Virus record (IMG/VR): IMGVR_UViG_3300042731_006922
Coordinates: 1 to 46,958 of that record
DNA from: a virus
Direction: 5' to 3' (one strand)
Length of the DNA: 46,958 nt
Below, one piece after another: positions 1 through 7,350 of this stretch. The position numbers were made by a program, and so were the translations under genes. Below the pieces are notes generated by a model. It was not told the DNA's origin. It worked only from the letters and a program-made list of their open reading frames with translations, and searched no databases. Position 1 is the stretch's first letter. Every line of letters begins with the position of its first letter.

Positions 1-69
1 CTATTTCAGATGTACTTGGGGCAAAATCATAAGTTTTTATTCTGTTTCTTTCTTCATTTTTATCGTCTT
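1..69. repeat. Terminal direct repeat, copy 1 (identical to 46890-46958)
   Basis: The 69-nt string ctatttcagatgtacttggggc...tatcgtctt occurs at both window ends. Confidence 0.95.
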
Positions 70-409
70 TGTATTGTACGACTTTAAGTAATATAGGAAT
101 ATTATGAACTAATTTAGTATCTGTTACTCCTTGTTTGTTAACGTAATAACAGATAGTGTTAAATCTTTCCCATGCTTTATCGATTTTCCATTCAGAGTCG
201 CCCCAAAAACTTAAATAATCATATAAAGTATATCCTTTAAATTCACCTTCTAATATTCTAAATGTAAATAATAAATATTCTCCTGTTTCTTCGTTATTTA
301 CTTTTTTTTCTTCTGATATGATCATACCTATATAATCATTAGTTGGGATACTTTCTTGAATTCTATTGCAATTTTCAGGGGTGTTTCCTGCTTTATATAA
401 TGCTACCAT
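1..409 (-). CDS. N-terminal part of a junction-spanning gene; DUF669-like, putative ssDNA-binding protein
   Basis: ATG at 407-409 preceded by AAGGAGAT. Open to base 1. After circularising via the 69-nt repeat the frame continues to the stop at 46495 (804 nt, 267 aa). N-terminal sequence resembles DUF669 proteins that accompany Sak4-type ATPases. Confidence 0.6.
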   Translation of the reverse strand, partial: MVALYKAGNTPENCNRIQESIPTNDYIGMIISEEKKVNNEETGEYLLFTFRILEGEFKGYTLYDYLSFWGDSEWKIDKAWERFNTICYYVNKQGVTDTKLVHNIPILLKVVQYKDDKNEERNRIKTYDFAPSTSEI

Positions 410-445
410 TTAATTTATCTCCTTTAAGTTATAGATTTATTATTT

Positions 446-745
446 TTATTTTATATCTTCACTGCTTTCTGCGTATATAGTATCATGTCTAATACAGTCT
501 TTATCAATAATTAAAATTGTAGATTTTTCTAAAGAATTTATTTTTTTTATAGATTCTTTATCATTATCAGTTTTAATTTTTATTGTATATTCACTGTCAC
601 TTAAATCTGAAATTGTTCTAATTTTTTTTATTTTTATAAGATTATATAATTCATAAAGTTTTTTATCATCTATAAAAATATCTTTAGAATTTTTTTTTAC
701 TTTTAAATATTCTTTTATATTTTTAGAACCTATGTATTTTTTCAT
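446..745 (-). CDS. hypothetical protein (99 aa)
   Basis: ORF in a tightly packed minus-strand operon; ATGA overlap with the upstream gene. Confidence 0.55.
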   Translation of the reverse strand: MKKYIGSKNIKEYLKVKKNSKDIFIDDKKLYELYNLIKIKKIRTISDLSDSEYTIKIKTDNDKESIKKINSLEKSTILIIDKDCIRHDTIYAESSEDIK

Positions 746-1422
746 ACTATTTCTCCTGCCGACTTTTTAAAGATATAGGTTAAGTTTGCCGGTTCTTGTG
801 GGGCAAGCTTTCCACTCCTATCACCTAATACCGGATATTGATAATCCTTTTTTGTTTGGATATATCTTGATTTACCATCATCAGATAGCCTGTATACTAA
901 TACTTGATTAAAAAGATAAGAAATTTTATCTGTTATTTTACGAGTCACCATAGCTGGCATATAAGTTGTAATCTTTAATTTATCGTCTACTACAGTTCGT
1001 TGTTCACTTATAAAACAAATATGTTTATTTGGTATATCCCTAAATTTTCGAGATATATCTGTTATTTCAACATAAGTTTTATCATAAGCACTTAAATAGC
1101 TCTTTTTTTTAATTGCATGTTTAGTAAATACTTTTTCAGTAGTTTCAGAAATAGAGTCTAAACAAAATGTTTTATATTTTCTTGCTTCATTTGAACCTAT
1201 ACACCATTTATAAGCTTCTTCTAATTTTTTAAAGGTATCTATTTCAATCGCATCTATGTATATTTTATTATCTTTTAACGTCTTTAAACCTCTATCAGTG
1301 GATAAAAGTACAGGAGATGGGGCAGTTGTACATAATGTAGTTTTACCTATCTTAGGAAGACCGTAAATGAATACCTTTTCTCCATTAAACCTCATATTTC
1401 TTGTATTAACTACTTTAATCAT
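742..1422 (-). CDS. Sak4-like RecA-fold ATPase (AAA_24 type), recombination/annealing protein
   Basis: 226 aa. Walker A GLPKIGKTT near the N-terminus followed by SPVLLSTDRG, the usual layout of phage AAA_24/Sak4 proteins. Overlaps both neighbours. Confidence 0.7.
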   Translation of the reverse strand: MIKVVNTRNMRFNGEKVFIYGLPKIGKTTLCTTAPSPVLLSTDRGLKTLKDNKIYIDAIEIDTFKKLEEAYKWCIGSNEARKYKTFCLDSISETTEKVFTKHAIKKKSYLSAYDKTYVEITDISRKFRDIPNKHICFISEQRTVVDDKLKITTYMPAMVTRKITDKISYLFNQVLVYRLSDDGKSRYIQTKKDYQYPVLGDRSGKLAPQEPANLTYIFKKSAGEIV

Positions 1423-1823
1423 TTTTTGACCTCAGTAATTTTTAATTCGGGTGTTGTGGGTTTTTCTATTATAGCTTGATGGAGTAAACTATCTTCAGGT
1501 AATTGTTTATATTCTTTTAATTTAAGTGTAGGTTTATGTTTTATAGCTCTTTTTTCTTGTATACTTAAGCTATCTTTAATTACAGTAAAAACAGGTTCAT
1601 CAATATTATATCTTACTGATTGTCTTGTTTTTAATCTCCATTTATTATTATCTGATAATTTTATTATTGTAATAGGCGGTGTCCTATTTTGTAGGATATC
1701 ATAACATATTTCTTTTCTTAACTTTAGCTCTTCAGCTTCTAATTTTTTGTATGCACTATATGTTTTTAACCATTTTAAGTATTTTTCATCCATTTTTGCT
1801 CTCCATGAGTTTTCCATTTTCAT
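1419..1823 (-). CDS. hypothetical protein
   Basis: ORF-track ORF. The more likely start is ATG 1793 (MDEKYL), preceded by GGAGAG. Confidence 0.55.
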   Translation of the reverse strand: MKMENSWRAKMDEKYLKWLKTYSAYKKLEAEELKLRKEICYDILQNRTPPITIIKLSDNNKWRLKTRQSVRYNIDEPVFTVIKDSLSIQEKRAIKHKPTLKLKEYKQLPEDSLLHQAIIEKPTTPELKITEVKK

Positions 1824-2187
1824 CTATTTCAAAAAATAAAGATAAAAGAGTTTTTTCATTTTTAAAATTCATTAAATCTAATCTATATTTTCCTGAGGGT
1901 ATTGCTTTTATGTTATATTCATCTTTCATCTTGTGTACTCTTTCAAGATTAAAAAATTTAAATGTTACTAAATTTCCGCCATTCCATATATCAGTTAAAA
2001 AGTTAACCTTTAAATGAGCTTTAACAATACAAAGTTTAGGACTTTTTCTTTTCAAAAGTTCTACAAAATAATATCCAGGTATAATTAAATCAAAATTATA
2101 TTTTGATTTTTTGCTTATTTCTATTTCTTCTCCAATATAGGGAATAATAGGTATAGCTTTTTTATTATTTATAAATTCTATTTTCAT
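1786..2187 (-). CDS. hypothetical protein (133 aa)
   Basis: ORF in operon context. Confidence 0.55.
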   Translation of the reverse strand: MKIEFINNKKAIPIIPYIGEEIEISKKSKYNFDLIIPGYYFVELLKRKSPKLCIVKAHLKVNFLTDIWNGGNLVTFKFFNLERVHKMKDEYNIKAIPSGKYRLDLMNFKNEKTLLSLFFEIDENGKLMESKNG

Positions 2188-2188
2188 T

Positions 2189-2431
2189 TTACCTCACCTC
2201 CACTTTTTTTTTGAAATAAGGCATGATTACATTTTTTAGCATAATAAGAGCTCCCCATATGCACGCTATTATTGACATTAATATTATAGATAAGCTCACA
2301 ACAATGATTATAACAGCTAAAAGTTCAAGAGTTATATTTTCTCTATACATACTTAAACTTGCAATTACTATACCTATGATTGCGCCGGATATAAAAGCCA
2401 TGATATTATTTATTTCTTTTTTTACATTCAT
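2189..2431 (-). CDS. small membrane protein (two hydrophobic segments)
   Basis: 80 aa; hydrophobic stretches AFISGAIIGIVIASL and LLAVIIIVVSLSIILMSIIACIWGALIML. Confidence 0.55.
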   Translation of the reverse strand: MNVKKEINNIMAFISGAIIGIVIASLSMYRENITLELLAVIIIVVSLSIILMSIIACIWGALIMLKNVIMPYFKKKVEVR

Positions 2432-2449
2432 AATTTATACTCCTTTATT

Positions 2450-2725
2450 TTAATCTATATCTATTTTACCGTTTATATGAACAGAATGTATATTACCTGG
2501 CATCTCTGCCTCCATTTCAATATCTGCCATACCTAACAATTGTTGTATTATAGATAGTTCTGTAAAATTATTAATATTTTGATATGCATACATCTTTTTA
2601 GTATAATCTCTAATTGCGAGTTGTAGAAGATATACTTGATTTTCTGTAAGTTGTTGAGATCCTATGATAACAGGAGTTTTTTCCCAAACATCTCTTTCTT
2701 GTAAAATAAATTTATCATTTTCCAT
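2450..2725 (-). CDS. hypothetical protein, member of the small-gene array
   Basis: Start moved to ATG 2723-2725, which lies inside the conserved junction GGTGAAAATTATG. Confidence 0.55.
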   Translation of the reverse strand: MENDKFILQERDVWEKTPVIIGSQQLTENQVYLLQLAIRDYTKKMYAYQNINNFTELSIIQQLLGMADIEMEAEMPGNIHSVHINGKIDID

Positions 2726-2730
2726 AATTT

Positions 2731-2931
2731 TCACCCAATTTTTAAAAGTATCCAACCTATTTTTGAGTTATCTTCAGTTTTTATATAATAAGTATCTTCT
2801 AAACTTACGTCTTGAGCTATAGCGCCTTCATTTTCAAATATTCGATTTTCAGGACTACCCTTTATAAGGTATACTCTTAATTTGCCTCGTTCATCAAAAT
2901 GCATTTTTTTAAGATATTTTACTAAATCCAT
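2731..2931 (-). CDS. hypothetical protein, member of the small-gene array
   Basis: ATG 2929-2931 inside junction motif; its TGA stop lies inside the next junction motif. Confidence 0.55.
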   Translation of the reverse strand: MDLVKYLKKMHFDERGKLRVYLIKGSPENRIFENEGAIAQDVSLEDTYYIKTEDNSKIGWILLKIG

Positions 2932-2936
2932 AATTT

Positions 2937-3143
2937 TCACCTACCCATAAATCTACCATTAATTTCTAATTTGTTATTAAAGTACATAGTAAGTTTTTTT
3001 AAATTATTTTTGTCAACGTAACCTTTTAATGACAGTTTAACCACCTCTCTTTCTATCCATTGTTCATAAGAAAGAGAATATACATCTAATAATTCAATAG
3101 ATTTTTCGTCATACAATAATTTAATAGAATTGTCTTTACTCAT
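2937..3143 (-). CDS. hypothetical protein, member of the small-gene array
   Basis: ATG 3141-3143 inside junction motif; N-terminal half resembles the product of 3170-3352. Confidence 0.55.
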   Translation of the reverse strand: MSKDNSIKLLYDEKSIELLDVYSLSYEQWIEREVVKLSLKGYVDKNNLKKLTMYFNNKLEINGRFMGR

Positions 3144-3169
3144 AATTTTCACCTTAAGTATATTTTGAA

Positions 3170-3352
3170 TTAATGTATATTAAGAATATTTATGAATTTT
3201 TCTAAATCCATTAAATTAATATCGATATTTAAAGTAATTCTAATCGAATCTCCTTTTAAAACTTTTTTTTTACTAAAACCTGCATAACTAACAGAGGCTA
3301 TATGTATTATTTCTACAGATTCTTTATCATTATTGATAGAAGGATTTGACAT
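3170..3352 (-). CDS. hypothetical protein, member of the small-gene array
   Basis: ATG 3350-3352 inside junction motif. Confidence 0.55.
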   Translation of the reverse strand: MSNPSINNDKESVEIIHIASVSYAGFSKKKVLKGDSIRITLNIDINLMDLEKFINILNIH

Positions 3353-3367
3353 AATTTTCACCCATTC

Positions 3368-3568
3368 TCAGGCATTTCTGTTAATTTCATTTTGTGTCCA
3401 CTCTCTATAATTTTCCCAATTTCCGTGTTCGCCTACTTTATACCCATATTTTGAAACTATATTTTCAATTTCATTCATCATCTGATTGATTTGGTTAGGG
3501 GTTGCTTGAGCAGTTTTAATCTCTAACTTTAAACCTATATCACCCATGGACTTATATTTAATTTTCAT
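3368..3568 (-). CDS. hypothetical protein, member of the small-gene array
   Basis: ATG 3566-3568 inside the variant junction GGTTAAAATTATG. Confidence 0.55.
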   Translation of the reverse strand: MKIKYKSMGDIGLKLEIKTAQATPNQINQMMNEIENIVSKYGYKVGEHGNWENYREWTQNEINRNA

Positions 3569-3572
3569 AATT

Positions 3573-3749
3573 TTAACCTTTATATGTTCTGCCTTTTTTA
3601 AATGATTCATAAATAAGCATTTTTACCTTTTCAGATTTATTGATATTTTTTTCTAATAATTTTTTATGTTTTTTCCATATAATATTACTTTTAATATTAA
3701 ATATAATAGCTATAATACTCATAATAATAATTATAATATGTAAAACCAT
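3573..3749 (-). CDS. small membrane-anchored protein
   Basis: ATG 3749 after AAGGAGAAAG; N-terminal hydrophobic segment VLHIIIIIMSIIAIIF followed by a basic tail. Confidence 0.5.
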   Translation of the reverse strand: MVLHIIIIIMSIIAIIFNIKSNIIWKKHKKLLEKNINKSEKVKMLIYESFKKGRTYKG

Positions 3750-3912
3750 ATTCAACTTTCTCCTTTTCTAAGATTAAATATAAAGCCAATGTATATAATA
3801 AAAATGCTATTATTAAAAATGTAAGTAAAATTGATTTAGGTAAATCAAATATTAAAAGTAATAAATGCATTATAATAAAAGTAAGGATTATTAATAATAA
3901 TATGATTTCCAT
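3697..3912 (-). CDS. small hydrophobic membrane protein
   Basis: AGGAG 6 nt before the ATG; strongly hydrophobic; shares the (F/I)DLP(K/N)S motif and 5' leader with the 45-aa ORF at 3926-4063. Confidence 0.5.
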   Translation of the reverse strand: MEIILLLIILTFIIMHLLLLIFDLPKSILLTFLIIAFLLYTLALYLILEKEKVEYGFTYYNYYYEYYSYYI

Positions 3913-3925
3913 TTCGTTCTCCTAT

Positions 3926-4063
3926 TCATACTGAAACTAATATTATATTTAAAAATAACATTACTATAAACATTAAAGCTAACATTGAGTTAGGTAGATC
4001 TATTAATATAAATATTAAATATATACGAAGTAAAATAAACGTTATTAAGCATTTTATTATCAT
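3926..4063 (-). CDS. 45-aa hydrophobic peptide (not in the ORF track), paralog of 3697-3912
   Basis: Hand translation MIIKCLITFILLRIYLIFILIDLPNSMLALMFIVMLFLNIILVSV. GGAAAG before the ATG. First ORF downstream of the minus-strand promoter. Confidence 0.4.
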   Translation of the reverse strand: MIIKCLITFILLRIYLIFILIDLPNSMLALMFIVMLFLNIILVSV

Positions 4064-4113
4064 TTCGCTTTCCTATTTATATTTAAAGTATTATTAAACT
4101 TATTAAGTATATT

Positions 4114-4142
4114 TTTATATGCTAACTATAGCTACTTGTCAA
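4114..4142 (-). promoter_or_regulatory. sigma70-type early promoter, TTGACA-17 nt-TATAAA
   Basis: Minus strand reads TTGACA (4142-4137), a 17-nt spacer, then TATAAA (4119-4114). It lies about 50 nt upstream of the first minus-strand ORF. Confidence 0.6.
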
Positions 4143-4252
4143 GATAGTTTATTAAAATATATTTTTTAATATTGACTTATTTATTAACATATGATCTATA
4201 GTTTATAGACATTTTTTTTGACAACTATTTCTCATGTTATTACGAATAAAAA

Positions 4253-4286
4253 CCGGTGAAAGTGGATGGACTTTTATCGGTTTTTT
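4253..4286 (+). terminator. Intrinsic-terminator-like hairpin H1
   Basis: 11-bp stem 4253-4263/4270-4280 with two G-U pairs; loop GGATGG; T6 at 4281-4286; A-run upstream. Confidence 0.6.
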
Positions 4287-4366
4287 ATTGACAGACTCAT
4301 ATTTTATAGTTTATATTACTCAGGATAATTTTTAATCATTGAAGATGTCATGTCAGAGAAAGAAAA

Positions 4367-4401
4367 TCGGTAAGAGTCGCAAGATTTTTACCGATTTTTT
4401 T
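4367..4401 (+). terminator. Intrinsic-terminator-like hairpin H2
   Basis: 12-bp stem 4367-4378/4383-4394 with two G-U pairs; GCAA tetraloop; T7 at 4395-4401. Confidence 0.6.
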
Positions 4402-4467
4402 ATTTGACATATATCATAAGGTATGATTTAAGTTTTTGTATCCAAAATATATCTGCATGCAAAAAGG

Positions 4468-4495
4468 CCAGTAAGAAAAATCTTGCTGGTTTTTT
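4468..4495 (+). terminator. Intrinsic-terminator-like hairpin H3
   Basis: 9-bp stem 4468-4476/4481-4489; AAAA loop; T6 at 4490-4495. Confidence 0.55.
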
Positions 4496-4553
4496 GTATT
4501 TATATTATGCTTAATAGATTATTAATGTTTTATAAAAACACAAGGAGTAAAAC

Positions 4554-6953
4554 ATGCAAGTTTATTTTGGAAATTCTCAAAGAAGTCATATTATCTACTC
4601 AAAAGAAGTAAAATCCTTTCAAGACTTTTGTGATAAGTATCTAAGAATAGTACAAAAAGGCCCTAAAAAAGGCTCCTATGTTGTAATTGGAAATAAATTT
4701 AAAAAACTTATAAGAGCAGATGAAAATCAATTAAGTGCTCATATGTTTGCTTTAGATTTTGATATGTGTCTACTTACTTTTGAAGAGTTAAAGAAAGTAC
4801 TTTTTACTTTACCGTATAATTTTGCTTTATTTACTACTCATTCTCACATGACAAATCATGTAGAAACACTTAAGAAATGGAAAAACTTTTATCGAGCATT
4901 TATACCTTGTGATTTGCCTTCAAAGGCCCATCTCACCCCAACGGTATATGAGTTTGAACAACAATTACAAAATATAGATGCCCGAATAAAAGTAGCCGAC
5001 GAATCAAGGACCTGGTCATTACCATGGTTTTTACCTCGTAGAGCGAATCTTGCTGATGATTTTCATAGATATGCCGAATTTCATGCAGGATATAATTTTA
5101 TCGCAAAAACACCCTCTACTGTCGCGGACCAAGCTAATAAAAAACATAATACATCAGATTCAATTGAAAAGCAAATAAGAATCATTGCAGATGGTTTACC
5201 GAACACGGGGCTACATAAGGCAACCCGTAACCTTGCATATCAATTAATTATGGACGGAGTGGCTCCTGTGACCGTGAAAGCTATATTAAGAGCAATAATG
5301 CAGAACTATGATTCCGAAAATCCACGTCAATTGGAAAATTGGAGTAAAGTAAATTCTATAGTTGATAGTGTTGTAAATAAATATTCTCAAAATTGGGGGG
5401 ACCCCAAACCGATACCAGATCCCATGGACCTAGTAATTGAGGTTGAATTTCCACTGCATGTGGTGCCTAAATCCATGTTAATAGCGGCTGAAGAAATAGC
5501 TAATTTTAACATTGCATCAATTCACGATATTATGCCTAATATGATCGGCGCTACTTGTATGGCCATTAATCGTAAAGCCATGGTCGAGACAGGCTCATCT
5601 TCTTTAAAATCATTCTATCATTTAGGTGTAATAAATATATCCCCATCTGGGGGGTTTAAATCAACAATATTTAATATGCTATTACAAGGTAATAAAAAAG
5701 CTATAAATAAAATGACGGATGAATTTAATATAAAAGAAATCGAGGTATTATCAAGAGAAAGATTTCTTAAAAAAGCTTTAAAAAATTCTGAAAAAAATAT
5801 GAAAACAGATATTACGGATACAAAAGATATTGCAAGAATAGTTAATAAAAATATTCATCTAGCTAAAGAGTTGTATGAACTTGAGCAACGCAGACGACCT
5901 GCTATTTTTGCTGATGATATAACTCCTGAACGTGCTGTTGATATGGCATTTAAGGCCGGGGGTTGTCTTAATTATATTTCTGAAGAAGGTTTAAGTTTTT
6001 TTAAATCTTTATCAAACCCCTATAATGTTACAGATAATAATTCCACTGATTTACTTGTGCGCGGGTTGAGTGGATCGACTTTTAGTAGTGCTCGAAAATC
6101 TGGACCTAATATGGTTTTTAGACCAGTTATTTCCACTATGATTTTTTGTCAACCTGACATTTACAGAGAAAATTTTCTTTTTAAAAAAATCTCAAAAGCC
6201 TCAGGATTAATAGCTCGAATGATAACAGTTGATTGGCGTCGTCAAAAGTACGCTAAAAATGCAAAAACTAAAAATAATGTTGAAGTTAATCAAGATAAAA
6301 TGGCTGAATATTGGAAAAGAACAGAACAATTAATGTTATTTGATGACCGAAACAGTCATAGGCATTATTCTGTTGATGATGATTTTAATCAACATATTAT
6401 TAAACCTGTTACAATATTAGTAGTTGATTCCAAATTAATTCATCATCATATAGATATTTTTAACGATATTTTTGTATTATTTGGAAAAGGCGAAAAATAT
6501 GAAAATCAAGCTGAGACTTTAAATAAATGCCTTCAAATTGCGTATATTATGGCTGGTAGTTTATATGCATATCATAATTATAAAACATTTTTTCAAACAC
6601 CTATTCATATATTAGATATGCGTATGATTAATATTGTTAAAGAACTTGCTAAATATTTATTAGAAAAAAAATCAAAAGAACATGATTTACATCAACAGAG
6701 TGTAGCAATTAAAAGTGCACGTAGAATATTAAAAGTTTTAACCTCTGATGCTAATTATGAAAATACTCTAAGGGGATTGACTGAAGCTAAATTTAAACGT
6801 ATTTTCCATATGGAACGAAAAACCGAAAATAATTCAGACATACATTTAGGTTTAGATTTGCTATTTAAATTGAATCTTTTAAAGGTGGATAAAAAAGAAA
6901 GATTCATCTTAAATCCTAAAGTTAGTAAGAATGACACCAAATTTAATACATAA
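4554..6953 (+). CDS. primase-helicase: AEP-type primase N-terminal domain fused to a DUF3987/D5-like helicase region
   Basis: 799 aa. AAGGAG SD. N-terminus has FALDFDM (DxD) and TTHSH (sxH), matching AEP primase motifs I and II. The central region has a P-loop-like SPSGGFKS and a Walker-B-like AIFADD. The P-loop deviates from GxxxxGK[ST]. Confidence 0.65.
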   Translation: MQVYFGNSQRSHIIYSKEVKSFQDFCDKYLRIVQKGPKKGSYVVIGNKFKKLIRADENQLSAHMFALDFDMCLLTFEELKKVLFTLPYNFALFTTHSHMTNHVETLKKWKNFYRAFIPCDLPSKAHLTPTVYEFEQQLQNIDARIKVADESRTWSLPWFLPRRANLADDFHRYAEFHAGYNFIAKTPSTVADQANKKHNTSDSIEKQIRIIADGLPNTGLHKATRNLAYQLIMDGVAPVTVKAILRAIMQNYDSENPRQLENWSKVNSIVDSVVNKYSQNWGDPKPIPDPMDLVIEVEFPLHVVPKSMLIAAEEIANFNIASIHDIMPNMIGATCMAINRKAMVETGSSSLKSFYHLGVINISPSGGFKSTIFNMLLQGNKKAINKMTDEFNIKEIEVLSRERFLKKALKNSEKNMKTDITDTKDIARIVNKNIHLAKELYELEQRRRPAIFADDITPERAVDMAFKAGGCLNYISEEGLSFFKSLSNPYNVTDNNSTDLLVRGLSGSTFSSARKSGPNMVFRPVISTMIFCQPDIYRENFLFKKISKASGLIARMITVDWRRQKYAKNAKTKNNVEVNQDKMAEYWKRTEQLMLFDDRNSHRHYSVDDDFNQHIIKPVTILVVDSKLIHHHIDIFNDIFVLFGKGEKYENQAETLNKCLQIAYIMAGSLYAYHNYKTFFQTPIHILDMRMINIVKELAKYLLEKKSKEHDLHQQSVAIKSARRILKVLTSDANYENTLRGLTEAKFKRIFHMERKTENNSDIHLGLDLLFKLNLLKVDKKERFILNPKVSKNDTKFNT

Positions 6954-6972
6954 AGTTGAGTTTAAAAGTGTT

Positions 6973-7203
6973 TGGTGCACTTGGTACAGGTACCTGCTTT
7001 ATTTAGTTCGTAATGTGCCAGACGCACCAGAGGATTGCTCAAAAAAGGATGTGTGCCAAATGCACCATGTCCCAACCTAAGAGGTATAAATTTCATTATA
7101 TATATATATATATTAAAAGATTTATAATTCCTTAGGTTGGGACATGGGGGCATTGGGGCACTTTTTAAATTAAAAAAAGAGGGTCCCTTGGTGCTTTTGG
7201 TGC
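6973..7203. promoter_or_regulatory. Iteron cluster: TGGTGC / GCACCA hexamers and two 15-nt GTGCCA-N3-GCACCA repeats (candidate ori, cos or pac)
   Basis: TGGTGC at 6973, 7189 and 7198. GCACCA at 7024 and 7062. 15-mers at 7015-7029 and 7053-7067 match at 13 of 15 positions. 10-bp palindrome CAGGTACCTG at 6987-6996. Confidence 0.5.
7066..7146. repeat. 16-bp perfect inverted repeat CATGTCCCAACCTAAG flanking a 49-nt AT-rich spacer with (TA)8
   Basis: Arms at 7066-7081 and 7131-7146; (TA)8 at 7097-7112. Confidence 0.9.
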
Positions 7204-7350
7204 ACTGTACTTTTAAAATAGCTAAAGTTATTTTGCTTTTTTTAAGGATTGTTCCTAATTTTGGGACCCTTGATTTTCAGGAAAATCCTTAAAAGTATAG
7301 CTTTAACACTAAAGTTCAACTATTAAATAACTATATTAAAGGAGAAGTTA

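Larger units (their letters stand above)
2723..3578 (-). repeat. Five copies of a 13-nt gene-junction motif GGT(G/T)AAAATTATG (plus strand CATAATTTT(C/A)ACC)
   Basis: Copies at 2723-2735, 2929-2941, 3141-3153, 3350-3362 and 3566-3578. Spacing between successive copies is 206, 212, 209 and 216 nt. Confidence 0.9.

Noticed and set aside
1679-2453. Plus-strand ORFs 1679-2017 and 2223-2453. Likewise 35636-35824, 37432-37653 and 42688-42927 (plus strand), and the nested minus-strand ORF 40771-40980 inside the polymerase gene.
   Set aside because: They are antisense to, or nested within, better-supported genes, AT-rich-frame artefacts with I/F/L/Y-rich translations. The gaps at 37430-37574 and 42771-42976 are better filled by short minus-strand ORFs with SDs.
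2723-3578. Regularly spaced 13-nt repeat, possibly a CRISPR-like array
   Set aside because: The repeat is only 13 nt, the spacing is about 210 nt, the intervening segments are coding, and the repeat is an SD plus start codon.
4345-4407. Short plus-strand ORFs overlapping hairpins H1-H3 (for example MSCQRKKIGKSRKIFTDFFI from 4345), possible leader peptides
   Set aside because: They have no convincing SD. Their lengths differ widely between the three homologous units (32, 20 and 5 codons), and the similarity between units is better explained at the RNA or DNA level.
6962-7153. 63-aa minus-strand ORF across the non-coding repeat region
   Set aside because: It spans the inverted repeat and the (TA)8 tract, has no SD, and runs against both neighbouring genes. 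The region is better explained as a cis-acting DNA element.
3913-7350. tRNA or other structured RNA genes in the two large intergenic regions (also 39319-39554)
   Set aside because: I could not fold any segment into a cloverleaf with conserved T-loop and D-loop features. The hairpins present look like terminators or protein-binding palindromes. A tRNAscan or Infernal run would be needed to be certain.
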